64,000 nt of DNA from Paramecium tetraurelia (taxonomy: Eukaryota): positions 146,826-210,825 of the forward strand of contig CT868396.1 of NCBI GenBank assembly GCA_000165425.1, read 5' to 3'. Below are positions 25,327 through 39,507 of the stretch, piece after piece. The notes under the pieces were generated by a model that was not told the DNA's origin, ran no database searches, and saw only the letters and a list, made by a program, of their open reading frames with translations. The number at the start of each line of letters is the position of its first letter. Position 1 is the first letter of the stretch. The translations under genes were made by a program, and so were the position numbers.

Positions 25327-26923
25327 ATGAAGTAGAATAAATTGACTTCGAAATCCAAAAATTTGAATAGAACCTCATGCAATTTTCAGGACAATTACAA
25401 TTCATTTAATGTCTAGGACTAATAGTCAAATATACCTGATGCTGAATTTGAGAGTCTTAGTGGATTGCTTCGATCTTTGAATACAATTATAAACAAGATA
25501 ATTAATTACTTTTCACACAGTAGAATATATTCGAGTATTTTATTATAGGACTCACAAGATTTGTTAACTCAATTTTTCAGAGGTTTTCAAAGAATTCTAA
25601 TACTTGTCAGATTACACATTCACATAAAATTTATAACATGATAATGGAAAAAAAGAATATCAAGGAATTTCAAATCTATTTAGATAAGAGAGTTAAGATT
25701 TTGTGTAATATTATACATTCAAATGTTCTCAACGATAAATTGATAGATGAATCTAAATTGAGGGAATTAGTATTATAAAATAGGATTTCTGAATATATTG
25801 AAGAGTTGATTAACAAAAAAAGGTATTTCACAGCATATAAATTTATGAATGCATTCTAATATGAGACTGTTTCATATCAAGTAAGAAGAAATATTTATAA
25901 TAGGAATTAGTGCATGAGATGAATATGAATGATATGAAGTTATAAACTAAGATTATAAAGGAGTAACGTTTAGATATAGCAGATAATCAAAAGGTTGTAA
26001 ATCATTTAAACAACGAAGCTTTGAAATTTTTTATTTTTGTATAAAATCTTTAATACAATAGAAAGCGGAACTACCAATAGAGAAAGTGGAAGAACTATTC
26101 TTAGGAGATGATAGCAAATTGTAATTTTTGGTTGAGAACTATTATAAAACAAATAAAGAAATGACTGTTGAAATAGCAAAAAGAAATAATATCAAAGTGT
26201 AAGATCCTTTGATTTAAAGGGAGATTGATGATTGCAATTGTGTTAGTCAAAATGCATTATTACAAAATGATGCCTTCTGTATTAAATGTATCTATATTCT
26301 TAGTGCCATCAGAGATAATATTACAGCCGAAGAAAATTGATCAGTATGTACGTCTAAGTGATTTCAAAATTTTTAACGAAGATGTTGTTTTGATTGAGGA
26401 TGAAGAAGCATTGGATGATGAAATCATAGATCAAATTTTAAAGGCATCTTAAACTGGGATTGATACAGAAAGTTATTAAGATATTCCTCAAAATACATTT
26501 TCAGCTAAAAATTAAGTTTGTTTATTTTAGATAGCTTTACCAAATAAGATTTACTTATTGAACACAACTAATCTTGTGAATAGTATCAAGTATCAACAGT
26601 TTCTGGTGTAATATGCAAGTAGTGATTGCTTAAAAATTGGATAAAATATCAAAATGGATTTTTTGTGTTTATTAGTTTAGATTGGAAAATAGGATGTAGA
26701 TTTAAGGAACTTTATTGAGTTATCTCAGTTGTTTAGATAGAAATATCCAGATGAAAAGAAGACTAATTTATCATTCTAATGTTAAAGGTTATTGGGGAAA
26801 GAATTGGATAAAGTAGAATAAATATCACATTGGCAAAAGAGACCATTAAGAAGTGCTTAAATTCATTATGCAGCACTGGATGCTATCATTTGTTTGCATC
26901 TTTATAATCACTATATACAATGA
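25327..26923 (+). CDS. DEDDy 3'-5' exonuclease, MUT-7/EXD3/Nibbler-like
   Basis: ExoI TGIDTE, VCLFQIA, ExoII KIGQNIKMD, LLGKELDKVEQISHWQKRPLRSAQIHYAALDA (ExoIII). Four predicted introns. Confidence 0.88.
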
Positions 26924-27135
26924 TTTTATAAATATTGTATTTTTGTTATGTTTACTAAATTCAAAAAAAATTATGTTTTATAATTGTATTAAATGGATAT
27001 AAGAATAAAACTACTTGATTTCTTTTGAGACTTCAATTTTTAAAATATTAATAAATCACTTTTAAAAAGATTTATTAAAAAAGAATTATGGTAATAATTT
27101 AAATGTGTGATTATTTATAAACATGAAAATCTTGC

Positions 27136-29533
27136 TCAAATAAGTTTGATTGTTTAAAGCTTTTCAATAATTTCTTCATTTTAAGTTTCTTATATAATTT
27201 GCATTAATTAATTAAATTTTTATTGATGAAGAATAGCCAACTTTTCTTGATCCTTCTATGCCTATCTTAAAACATGATTTTCTTTGGACAATGCTTTGAA
27301 CATTTCTTATATATTATCACTGAAATTATAAATTCTAATCATACCTTGTGTATTGACATTAAGGATGTATTTAATATGCATCATTTGATTCTAAAGAGTA
27401 ATAGAGGAAATATTCTTTCCAGAAAGTAACTGATTTGCCAGTAAATGAGTCTGGAATAATGACATCTAGATCAATTGATTATGGATTTTTATAGAAAGCA
27501 TTGATATACTTGTCTTTTTGTTTCATGATCCAAGACCATATAGAGACAGTTTGTTCCATGATTTTTTGTTTTTGAATTTCCTAAGAGTAAATAAATAGTA
27601 AGAGATACCAAAAAGGAATCGCATAAGAATGTTCCAAATAATGAAGTTAAGTGATGATATGCCAAATCAAATAGTAGTTTGCCATTGAATTCAAAAGACA
27701 GTGGATACAATTGCTGCATTTAATAGACACAGTCTAAGAATTGTAAGAAGATAGGAGATCTGGAATCCTCGTTACTTTATTTATTGCCAATAGCAGATCG
27801 TTGACAGAATTGATGTCCACTGTTGATCCACTCTTTTTAAATCAGAATCATGAATCCTTCAATCGTTCTATATTATCCATCGATCATAATAGAGACAAGA
27901 GAAGTCAATTAAGCAGTTCTATCCCACCCATCACTACAATGAACCAACACATTGATTTTCTCTCTGGTCATTGTGATTGCTATTTTTGCAGACCCTTTGA
28001 TGATGGCCACGATGTGATCATACCACTATGACTACTCCAACTATGATAGAAATTGAACGTTTTCACTTAAATTTATTTGAAATTAGATACTTAAATGCTG
28101 CCTTCAACAATTTGGTTTATGAATCTCTTACTTTATGTATGTTGTGAATATCCAAGAAGTCTATGCTACATCTTCTATAAAAAAGAGTATTCTCATATCC
28201 TTTGCCGGCCACCTATTATCCAATAGCATTAATGTGAGGTCTTGCATCATAGATCCTTAATCGAGTTTCCTTCTCTTCGTATTGACTCTCCTGCTCATCA
28301 ACAGTCTAAAAAGACATATATTTCAAATAGCATTCATCCTCAGTGGATCTGTTCTATCCAATTCCGGTTCTGCATTATGAACATCTCCACATTGATATCA
28401 CTTTTCCATTTATTGGAAATGCATAAGAGAGTATGGGTATTCTTTCTTTAGATCTAAATTTGGCTGTTTTTTAAATACAATCTAAATCTGCCTTTGCTGG
28501 TACAACTAATCTATTATAATAGGTTGAACAAATGATGCCATTCTCATTATTTAGATATTTAAACAATCCATTCTGATTTTGAGAATTCTCTTGTAAGATA
28601 TTAATTCCCATTCTTTCAAAATCCTTTTCAATGTTGAATACCTTCCATCCTTAGTATTCAGTTTCTAAATTGGAGAATTCCTTGTAATATGAGAATGCAA
28701 ATAAAGTCTATTTATTTAAGGTGAAAGCATTCTTATTGATGACATTAAATATGCTATTACAATCGTCATTCTGCTCCCTCAAAAATCTATATTTGAACCA
28801 TCTCCCATCCTTACATGAGATCTCAATGAAATTGGCATCATTTTGCTTCCTATCCATAGTCTTGTCTACCTTGATTATTAGAGTGTAAGGAACGTAAAAA
28901 TAATCCTTTCTAAAATCCTTTGGGAATTTATCAGGTAAAAACACAATCTATATTTGTAGGTCAGTTGAATTACTTAATAATTTGTTGCTACAATGATTCC
29001 CTAAAATTATTGAGAGCCAATTGAGCATATTCCTCTGAGTTCCTATAAAGCTATTTCTCCAGGTTGTACAATCTCCAGTCCAATGCTCTTAATGTCACGT
29101 GTTGTATAGGTCTACACAATATTAGTTTGTATGATTTCTGGCTCATTCTAATCAGTTGGTTATCTTTAACCTTACTACGTGGGTTATGGTTGAGTTGTGG
29201 TGTTTCTAAAAAATAATTTCTAATATTGTTGAATGTATTACTCTTGGGGCATCCAGCATCTAGCCTATCTATCCAAATACGGATTGTGGTTATTGATTGA
29301 GTTATTGCTATTATGAATAAACAGGCTATTATTATTATTGAGTGGTTGGCTATTGTATATTAACAATTCCTCCAGATTGAGCCAACACTAATAAATATGA
29401 TTGAGGATATGTTACTTCTTTCCTCCTCTTGGAGTTGTTTCTCAAACTCTTTTGCTCTACTATTCTTTTGATTGTTTTGTGCCTACTGCTATTGCTCAGG
29501 TTTCTATGTAGAGCGTCCAAGTGGATTGTTCAT
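27136..29533 (-). CDS. Myotubularin-related phosphoinositide 3-phosphatase (active-site type)
   Basis: VLVHCSDGWDRTAQL CX5R motif, YRTIEGFMILIQKEW, SPIFLQFLDCVYQMQQLYPLSFEFN; Gln/Pro-rich N-terminus and PH-GRAM-like region. Confidence 0.93.
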
Positions 29534-29548
29534 TAATTATTAATTTTA

Positions 29549-30661
29549 ATGAAAAAGGGGTTTAAAATAGAGTATAACTTCGAAACCGTGTAGATATGGG
29601 AGGAATCCATTGAAGCTTTGCAATTGTATGATCCCAACTATGTACATTTTATGATGATCTAGAAATAAATTCAAATCAAGCCGCAGAATTTGATTGAGTA
29701 TGTTCTAAATACAATTGAATTGATGGCTCAAGTGCGTGGGTACAATCAAGATAGCTTTATAATTGCCTTGATTAATTATTGTGTAACATGTTCATCATAA
29801 ACATTCAAAAGGACAGAACAAAAAAGAAATCAAAATCCTTTATGACTGGGTTCATTAATTCATTTAAAGAATAAATTAGTGATCCTGAATTGTCTTATTT
29901 CACTCATTTGTTGGATCCAAACAAATTGACTGAGAAAACCCCTTCGATGTTTAAATTCTATCTAAAGGTTCGAAAATACATATACACCAATTACGTTAAT
30001 CCTCGAGAATCGTATATCAAGCCTATCAAATTCGATGATTGGGTCACTGTTGTCTCCAAGTTTTTGGATAATGCCTCAATTCCCATCATTGGTAACAGGA
30101 TAAGGGATGAATTGAACAACAACAGCACTGAGAAAGTGTTCAAAAATACGTATGATTATGTTGCATTTACTAAAAGATTAGTATATAACCAATAGAGTTA
30201 TTGATATTTTGCTACGAAGTCTACGAGAAATAACAGTTGGAACAAGCCTAAAGGTCAAATTAAGAATAGCTTCAGAAGGAGGAGTCTGTAGTTGAACAAT
30301 AACAAAAACGTTAGACTGCTTAATAATTGGCATATAAAATGATAATGCCTAATACTGTACAAAAAGTACAAGAAGACAAGCATTCCGATTCATAACAGAA
30401 AGCTAAGTTCATTGAGGTCATCAAAATGCATGAGAATCTGGCTTATAATTACAAGATTTTGGCCAATAATATCTCTGATACATAAGATATCGTGGGTCAA
30501 TTGATTCAGAAGGTAATCTGTTTAAATTAACTAAGAATTAAAATTTTGATTTTGATGATGACTTCATCCAGTAATTGGAACAAGTGGTCAATTTTAAGTC
30601 ATTTAGCAAGAATGATGCAATAAAAGAGTTAGAAGATTCAAATATATATGATTTTATATGA
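29549..30661 (+). CDS. Hypothetical protein
   Basis: MKKGFKIEYNFETV...; several tiny introns. The 3' end is uncertain (TGA at 30659-30661, or 30613-30615 if a further intron is spliced). Confidence 0.65.
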
Positions 30662-30746
30662 AAATAATTATGACATACAAAAATTGAAATGGATATTTGT
30701 AAATTTAAACTAATTTTAATATTTATTCATGTATCTGTATTCAGAA

Positions 30747-31034
30747 TCAAAATGTTTGACAGCAGGATTCTGCTGGTTCTTCATAGTTAGAATTGTATTG
30801 TTTCCAATTTTCTACAATAAATACTTAATTAAAGTTGGTTGAAATGCGAAAACGTTTCAACTTCGATGTGCTGTTCTTACCTTATTTTTTCAGTATGCCT
30901 TTAAGGTTCTAACTTCTTTGACTTGAGATGACAAGATTTTCTTAATTATGTTGACTATCCTCAAATTAATCATAATCAGGAGGTATTAGAGATCTCGTTC
31001 TAAGGGAATCTATTGCATGCACTTTCTTTGACAT
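30747..31034 (-). CDS. Small protein with GILK motif, VENWK motif and Cys-rich CaaX-like C-terminus
   Basis: Intronless 95-aa frame: ...NLKGILKKQGKNSTSKLKRFRISTNFNQVFIVENWKQYNSNYEEPAESCCQTF*. Confidence 0.75.
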
Positions 31035-31089
31035 TGTAGAGTTGAGTACTGAGAATTAGAGATAATGAAAAATATTAAATTTTAATAAA

Positions 31090-32516
31090 ATGAAGGGGAG
31101 AATTGACTCATAAGGTAGTAAAGTAAAATTATTGAATAAAAGTAGAGTAGCAAGAGATAATTGGAGATGGAGAGGTTGGTGTAGAGACCAGAAATAGGAT
31201 TAGCCACTTTAGGTTAAATGTTTAAAAACTATTCATAATAGTTAGGAGGATTGGAAAATGGTAAGTCTATGATTGAAATAACATAGGCAAGATAACCAAG
31301 TTGGAATTTCGTAAGTTCTTAATATTTGAATAAATATGCTTCCTATTTAATTCTACCGGACTAGCTTTGAGTATGTTGGAATATAATCTGGAATTCGAAG
31401 AGGAAAGATGGATATCCATATGGTTGTTGTGGATGATCCTAATATTTACCATACTGCTGCTGGTTTTCACAGTTTTAAGATATGAATAACATATGAATTG
31501 GTAGAAATCTAGGAATTTGTTGACCAAAAGGGAAAGATTATGGCAGACAGATTTATGGTATCCAATGTTGATAGAATTGTCAATATATTTGATTATCCCC
31601 TACCCATTCTTAAGAGGGATAAGAGTGTATTTTTACAACAATTTTTAAGAAGCCACAGCTTACTATCATGTTAATGAAATTCTTGAATTGTTTATGTTAT
31701 CAAGAACAGTATTCCTTTTTAGAAGTCTTTTGGCTTAAACTTTTTGGTATAGTAACAGAACTCAAAGAGTGTGTGCCTTATATGCATGTGAAGGTAATTA
31801 TATGTTTGTGGCTAAATCCTTAATGCGAACTTCTCCATACACTGCATAATCAATAGCTATGACATCATTAATTCTTGTTTTCGCTTAAGCTGTGAGAATC
31901 AGTGAGAATCCCTTGGCTAGGAATGATCAGAATAATAATAATCTTGGCAAATATGACAATGCGGTTTGGAACATTGTTATATCAATCACAACAGTTGGAT
32001 ATGGTGACTTTTATACCAGAACAGATTTGGGGAGATTTGTGATATTTGTTGTTTGTGTGCTTGGAATCTTTGTCATTTCTCTCATGGTTGTCACTTTAAT
32101 CACTTCCTTAGAGACTTCTTCTTTGGAATCTCATGCAATAACTGTTTTGGAGAGAATTTAACTCAGAGAATAAATGGCCAAATCAGCTTCAATGGTAATC
32201 ATGTACTCTTTAAGGATTGTGGTTGCATTAAAGTATAAATTTATCATATCAGTAAAATAGGAAAGGGAATTTAAATAAGCTTTAATTCAGATAACTGATT
32301 CTCAATTTAAGATATAATCTGAATGAATTTAAGATAAATAGAAGATAATATAGAAATAAACAGGATGTTGGTAGTATGAATGAGGAAATTACCAATCAAT
32401 TTAGTCTTTTAAGATCTGATTTTACTGGAGCCATTGAAAAACAAAAATCTATATTTGTTTAGAATGCAGATATCATGAATAAATTAGGATTAGAAACTAA
32501 GCAATTTCAATTGTGA
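31090..32516 (+). CDS. Small-conductance Ca2+-activated K+ channel (KCNN/SK-like)
   Basis: Multiple TM helices; pore AVWNIVISITTVGYGDFYTRTDLGR followed by S6; C-terminal helical tail. Confidence 0.88.
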
Positions 32517-32563
32517 TATTTTATATCTATTTAATTAATTATAAAGAGATAAATTAATTAAGA

Positions 32564-34065
32564 ATGTAAAATAACATATTTGAGCCAGCCACAACGGATC
32601 TCAACACAATTCAGAAATTTCAATTACACTCCAAATTTCTATCCAAAAATAATGTTCCTGTCGAAATTATGTCCTATCAAAATCTATTATTTAAAAAGGT
32701 AGTTCTAGATATTATCTCTAGTCTCAAAAATCATTTAAAATGACAAAACTTAATTGCACTTTGAGATATTAAATCAAACATGAATCCACTTCCATTATTT
32801 TAAGATTAGAAAAAGATGATTGCAAATTCAAAGAATATTTATTTCTAGATAAGTCTGAACCTTGGGAATTAAAATTAAAATCCTAAATTCCCCAATTGGA
32901 TTATTAAACCTATTATGAACTTGAGAAATTGATAGGAAGTGGAAGTTTTGCTTCCGTTTACATGGCTAAACGCAAAGCTGATGGTATTAAATTAGCCATC
33001 AAAGCCTTTCTTAAGAAAATGCTTATCCAGAAAGATCCTGATAAATGGAGAGTATTTCATTCTAACATATGACTTAATAGGAAACCATTGATAATGAAAT
33101 GAAGGTCATGAAATCCTTAGATCACACCAGTATATTAAAATGCTACGATCACTTTGAAAACAGAGCTCAATGCTACATCGTAATGGATTTGGCAAGAGGA
33201 GGAACTCTGGAACAAGGATTAAAGAAGTTGGAAGAGCCTTTGCCTTTCCTGACTGCCAAAGTGATATTCAGATAAATAGTTGAAGCAATCAAACATATGC
33301 ATGAACGAGGATACATGCATCGAGATCTAAAGCCAAGCAATATCCTCCTTAAGAGACCCATGGTATTGAAGTAATTTTCATTGATTGCATAAACTGATCC
33401 TAATATAGTAGTCAGTGACTTTGGAGTAAGTTCAGAAATTAAGAAAGATATGGATATTGGAAAATACTGTGGATCTCCAGGTTTCATGGCTCCTGAAGTA
33501 ATTCTCTGTGAAACTAACAAAAATTTAACTTATGATGAGAAATGTGATATCTTTAGTTTGGGATGCATTTTATATAGATTGTAATATATACTCTTAATTT
33601 AGAATCACAAATAAACCATTATTTAATGGGTAAAATTCATTAGCCATGAAATAGTAGAATAAAGAATGTAATCTAGATTGGACTAAGATTCACGAAGAAC
33701 TATATTAGAATTAAGCCTTGACCAATTTATTAAGCAAAATGTTATCCCAAGATCCCAGACAGAGACCATCATGCGAAGAAATATTAAATAGCAAGATCTT
33801 ATAAGTCTAGTTGGATAATGATGGCTGTCCATTATTTATCAATTACAAGAAACCTAAGTCTTCCTCTATATAGTAAATAAAGACTGCCAGGCCATCGATT
33901 AAATCAATTAGCAACTCTAAATTACCATAGTTATCACCTAATCATTTTACTTTTAATAATCATAACAATAATAACCATAACAATAATCATACTAACAAAA
34001 GATCAGGCAATTTTTTATTACCACCTATTAATAGTAGATTATAGACTGAATAAAGCTAATATTGA
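32564..34065 (+). CDS. Ser/Thr protein kinase (CAMK-like) with N-terminal extension
   Basis: IGSGSFASV, AIK, HRDLKPSNIL, DFG, YCGSPGFMAPE, KCDIFSLG. Confidence 0.93.
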
Positions 34066-34103
34066 TTAATATATACTAAATAATAATAATCTATTAACAA
34101 AAA

Positions 34104-37100
34104 TCAGTAAACTTCAGTTGTTGTTGGTCTATCCAATTCTTTATACAACTTCTATTGCTAATGTCTCACTAATTTGTTCTTGATACTATTAATGGTTTCC
34201 CTCTAATAATTATTATAAGTATCTACCTAATTTTCATTTATCAAAGTTGTCTCAGATCCTAATATACTATCCCTTATTTCCACAGATCCGATCTACTCAA
34301 TGAGTCTTTCATCTCTTGTGAACAAAACGGTAGTTTTATTATTCCCTATGATCCCTTTAGGAGTTTATGTTAGAGTGGATAAATTTAAATAGCCCTTGAG
34401 TTAAAATGACTTTTACTTGATATATAATATAATCGTCCATAGAAATTTCACATTCTTTCACTCCTCTAACAGGTGTTTTACTATAATTATAAAATGATAT
34501 GGCTGAGACTTGCTGAGGTGAATCGAATAGCAATATCAATTTATTAACTTGGTAATTTACTTAGTCAAAAACACTTGAGTTGATATTAGTTTGCAATCTG
34601 TTTGTATACGAATTAACAAAAGGAGCCAGCCAAATCTATTTAGCATCCAGAGTAACATTGCAATTGTTCAGTAATTTATCTGGTGTCCTAACATCCATGT
34701 CCATTTCTGGAAGTTCCTTAACTGAATATGGTTTTGCATATAATTTGGGCATAATGAGATCACCATTTGGATCGAACAATTCAAATCCATTCAATCCGAT
34801 GTAATGTAAATCTCCCCAAGTTGATATTAATTTTATTGTAATCTTAGTTCCTTGAGGTAATTAAGCAGTTTCATAATCTAGATAGATACTCTTTTCAAAT
34901 TGATAATTGGCTAGAATGGTTTTGATATTCTATTAATATGGTAAGTCAATCACTTAAGGTTCATTCGCATCAGATAATCCATGACCCTTTCTTAAAAAGA
35001 TCCCTTAAATAGTATTCAGTGTTTGATCATCTCCTTCTACATTGATCAGTTGTACTCCTTTTTCTAACTCATCTTCCTTGTTGTAATTCCAAATGAGAAT
35101 CCTACTGATTTGGATGGATTATGGAAATGAGAATTGAATTCTAATTTATCCATTTTGAAATTGCCATCTTTCATCACTATTCATTATGGTTTCTGATTGA
35201 TAGGTAATCACTTTGTATTTTTTAATTTTCAATGATTATCCATATTTATCGTGAATTTCTATCTTATCCAATCCAACATATTTGTCTCCCCAATTTTTTA
35301 ATATATAAATGGTCAATGTTATGACAGTTACTGTAGGCAATGTGTTGAGTACAGATGCAAAGGGTTTCTTAGAATTAGATTATAATAGTTTATCAGATGG
35401 TTGTTTGATGAGAATAGCATTGTTCTGTTTTTACTGGTTATGTTTCTTAAATGTGGCTGTATCTGGTCTACTTAATTTAATGGTGTTTTCTAAGATCTAC
35501 TTTTATTGTTGAATCTAACTCTAATGTAATGTATTCAACCAATCAGATTAGGATATTTTATCTAAGATTTATTGGTTGTTAGTGAACATGATGTACTCTG
35601 CATTATCACTATTACAAGTGGCATTAGCTTATTTGATTTCATCATAAAAGATGGGATCTACTGAATCAGATGAGTCCATCCCAATCAATATCTCCATCTT
35701 CCTCACTCCTTTATTTTTATGTGTTCTTCCTTTATTATAATTCCAGATTCTTATCATTGCTATTTTTGTCTCCTTGAATCTCAATTTAATCTCCATATTC
35801 TTATCAACCCTTTCCAAACACATACATTTCTCATCCTGAGTAAGATAATTATCATCAAATAAAACACTTGGATTCTTAAAAAAACCACTCGCCTCCATTA
35901 TTTGCACCTTGTTTCCTAAATAATCAAATATCTCTATCCCAGTTAACCCAATATAAAACATATCTCCCCAATTTCTCAGTAATTTAAAGATCAATAAGTT
36001 TCCAATCGGACAATCAGGAATGGTGATTCCTTTTATTCTCTATTTTGTCCAGCAGCTATATGAGCAACTCCTCTTTTGAGATTTGTGATTGTAGTGTCTT
36101 CTTCAGTCAATTATTTTTGTGGAAACAAACTCATAGGGTTTTTGAAGAGTCTCTTCTAATTAACTTATATTTTGGCAGGTTAAGATTCTGGCTATTTGAT
36201 TCTCTTCTCATCATCAAAGGGATTTTTCATAACCTTAGGTTTTTGATGCTTAAATTAACTGGATGCTTTTGATTGATTTATACTATGATATTGTGATAAT
36301 AAAATTTACATATTATCATCTGATTTCTTAGAAACCATTGATTACATCGATTGGTAGAATGGCTGAGGGACTACTTCCTTAATTTGATTATTGATTTTCA
36401 ATTCCAATAGATCTGCATATTCAGTATAAGTGTTGCCTACTCCTCTTTTTAGTTAACCTGACCAAACCAATTGTTCATTTTGTAGAATCTCAATGTTTTG
36501 TACACATTTATCTAATTCCTTTCTATTTTTATTAAAATTCCAAATTTTGACATGTGTGAGTACTTCAGACTCATCCACATAATGAAGAGTAATTGTGATT
36601 GGAAATGATTTATAATTCGTTATCCACATGTATTCCTGGTTAATTATCAAATTATGTCCATTAATGAGATTAGTGATTGTATTATTGGAATCATCATCTG
36701 AAATGATTGATGTGATTTAAACGAGTTTTGATTATTGATTTAGCAATTCAACGCCTGTTAATCCTACTGAAGCACTATTACCATAATTAGACAAAATTCT
36801 TAATTGTATTCTTTTACTTTTGTTATTTTTAAAAAATTAGATAAGTTCTTCATGTTTTTACTCTCCATTTTCGATCTACCCCAAAAGTTGTTTAACATAC
36901 TCTTATTCTTTTTGAGGTAACTTTTAAATTCTAGAAAGTTCTTGTTACTAATATACCTTAATTCGAGGTTATTAAATATTTATCTCTCAACAGTCGATAA
37001 TTGGATTCTGCTACTTTGTATTTAGGTAGTGGAAGCCTGCTGATTTCTAACATTTAGTTTCTCTCCTTAACGTATTGATCGATTTAATACGGCAGCCTAT

Positions 37101-37231
37101 TTTGTATCCATTGATTTAAGGAATGACATAATCGTGTTATCAGGATTGATATCTTTGGGAGTCGTTCTTGAAGTAGCAGAGACTTGCCTAGTTAATTATG
37201 GCTTCTGATATTGTAATCGTGAAACACTCAT
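34104..37231 (-). CDS. KATNIP: KATNIP/KIAA0556-like ciliary basal-body protein (repeated DUF4457-type modules)
   Basis: Repeated NWGDxxYIGLTGIE / IRIWNYNK modules (four seen); C-terminal RPTT. Confidence 0.85.
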
Positions 37232-37301
37232 TATTATTTATTAAGTATTTTGTATTCTTTACATCCACACCCGTTCATATTGATATTCACAAATTTAATT
37301 A

Positions 37302-37956
37302 ATGGGTGAGATTGTCCCTAATCAACTCTTCGTCGCTGGATACAGTCGCAATAAAGTGACTGATGAAAGAGATGTGAAGGAAATCTTCAGAAAATATGCA
37401 TCAGTCAAAGAAGTTGCATATAAGGGTTCATATTCCTTTGTTGTAATCTATCCATCTTATCAGACTTTCAATAGCGAAACTGAAGCTCAAGAGGCACTTA
37501 AAGAGACCAATGGAATGACATACAATGGTCAAAAACTTAAAGTGGATATTGTTGACAATCGCAAAAGTCGAAAAACTGGACCTTCTGATAGTGATTTGTG
37601 TTTCAAATGCAGTAAAGGCGGGCATTGGTATATATGTTAATTAATTCTTAACAGGGCTAGAGATTGTCCAAATGGCAGATCACCTCGTAGAAGTCGAAGA
37701 TATTCAAATTCCAGATCTAGGTGGGTTATTTATGTAAATATATTCTAGACGTCACAGAAGGAGATCTGATTCTCGTTCATATTCTTCCTAATCTTCCTCA
37801 AGATCAAGAAGAAGAAATAGATACTCAAGAAATAAACACAGACACAGCAGAAGTCCAAAGAGACAAGACAAGCCCAAGAAGAGAAGCATTAGTAGAAAAA
37901 GATCACCCTCAGATTCTTAATCATCAAAGAGAGCTAACTCAGACTCAAAGTCTTGA
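37302..37956 (+). CDS. SR splicing factor (RRM + CCHC zinc knuckle + RS domain; SRSF7-like)
   Basis: RNP2 LFVAG, RNP1 KGSYSFV, CFKCSKGGHWARDC, and an RS-rich tail. Three introns. Confidence 0.9.
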
Positions 37957-38037
37957 ATAAGAATGGGAAAAACACATTTATTCATCAAAACATTTTATAA
38001 TTGTAATAGTTAGTTACTCTCCTATGCACAAAATTAA

Positions 38038-39507
38038 TCACTACAATCTTACACCTTTGACAACGCCAGATTTAATTGCTCCCTCTCCTACATAATTAGA
38101 AGTTACAGGACTTAAATATATCTCACAATTTACTTCTTTATGTATTTGTTTTGACTCTTCAATTTGTAGAGTGCTTTTTCGTACTTCAACTTATGTTTTA
38201 CTCTTGAATTCTTAATTCTGTTACCTCTTCTCCTTCTCATTAATGAAAGATTCTATTACTCTCTAAAATTATCATTACCTTTAACATAACATAAGTAATC
38301 TTCCTTGGATCATCCTCTCCTACTTCATGTAATTTCTATAACTTATTTAACTTTTAGAAATTCTCAAGTCTCTCAACCTTCTTCTCATCTCTCTTCTATT
38401 TCTTCTTATCCTTAATTCTCTTTAAATTCTCCTCGTAAATCTCATCCATTCCTCCCTCTTCTAAATGCTCATCTACATCCTTCATCGCTTCTAACATATC
38501 TCCAGAATTCACTGATATTCTTGATTCAGAATCCTATTCTTTATTCTCATTTTTATGATGAGTTCTATCTACATCTTCCAATAACTTCTTAATTTTTGAA
38601 ATCTTCTTTTCATCTACATCTTCTCTATTATTATTATTGTAAATATTCTTCAATTTCCTCTTCAAACTCAGAGTGTCTTATCCTTCTTCTTATTTCTTAG
38701 TCTACTCCTTTCTCTTAACTTCCTTCTTCTTTGCAGACTCCTCCTTCTCCTTCTAATCAACATTCATCTATATCAATTGAGCATACTTCTCGTAACTCTC
38801 ACTCTACTCAATCAACTCTTTCAAATCATTAATCTTTTTAAAAATAGGATGATGTTAACTCAATCTTGTTCTTGCTCTCAAATGCAAATAAAACCACAAT
38901 AACCCAAAATAACTCTACATCAATTCAATTCTTATAGTCAAATACTTTTTAATTTCACTTCCTTTTTCTTTCTTGCAATTCCTCTTCAATATTTTGATCT
39001 CCTTTCCTACCTGAGTAATTTCCTTAAGGATCCCTTTCAATTCAGGCCAACCCTTTAATATAACAGTATTTAATTCCTTAACATCCATTTTCTCTATTAT
39101 TTCTGGTTCTATTCCAATTTCCTCACTTAAACACTGCAATCCAATCAAATTGTATTCATTTGATAATTACTTTGTTTTGTATTCAAATTCCTATTATTCT
39201 TAATCCACATGCACATCCCAAACATCAGCATCTTAAATCTTCTTTGCTGCTTGTAATTACAATGCTTTTGCTTCCATTTCTTCCTCCAACTCAGCATCTG
39301 AATCTCCTGAATCTGCATCCTCCTTATAATATTTAGACTTATTTTTTCCCCAATTCTCTATAATATTAAAATACTCATTTTACATTTCTCTTATGCAAAC
39401 GCATTTATTTTCTCCTTCTTATTCTGACTAAGATACTTTTAGTTCACTTCTTTATCCTCTTCTTCACTCTAAATACCACTTACAATAGATGATGAGATTT
39501 CAGACAT
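38038..39507 (-). CDS. SAS10: SAS10/UTP3 small-subunit processome component
   Basis: Acidic N-terminus with WGKNKSKYY; HPIFKKI in the Utp3 domain; C-terminal NSRVKHKLKYEKAL..YVGEGAIKSGVVKGVRL. Confidence 0.85.
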
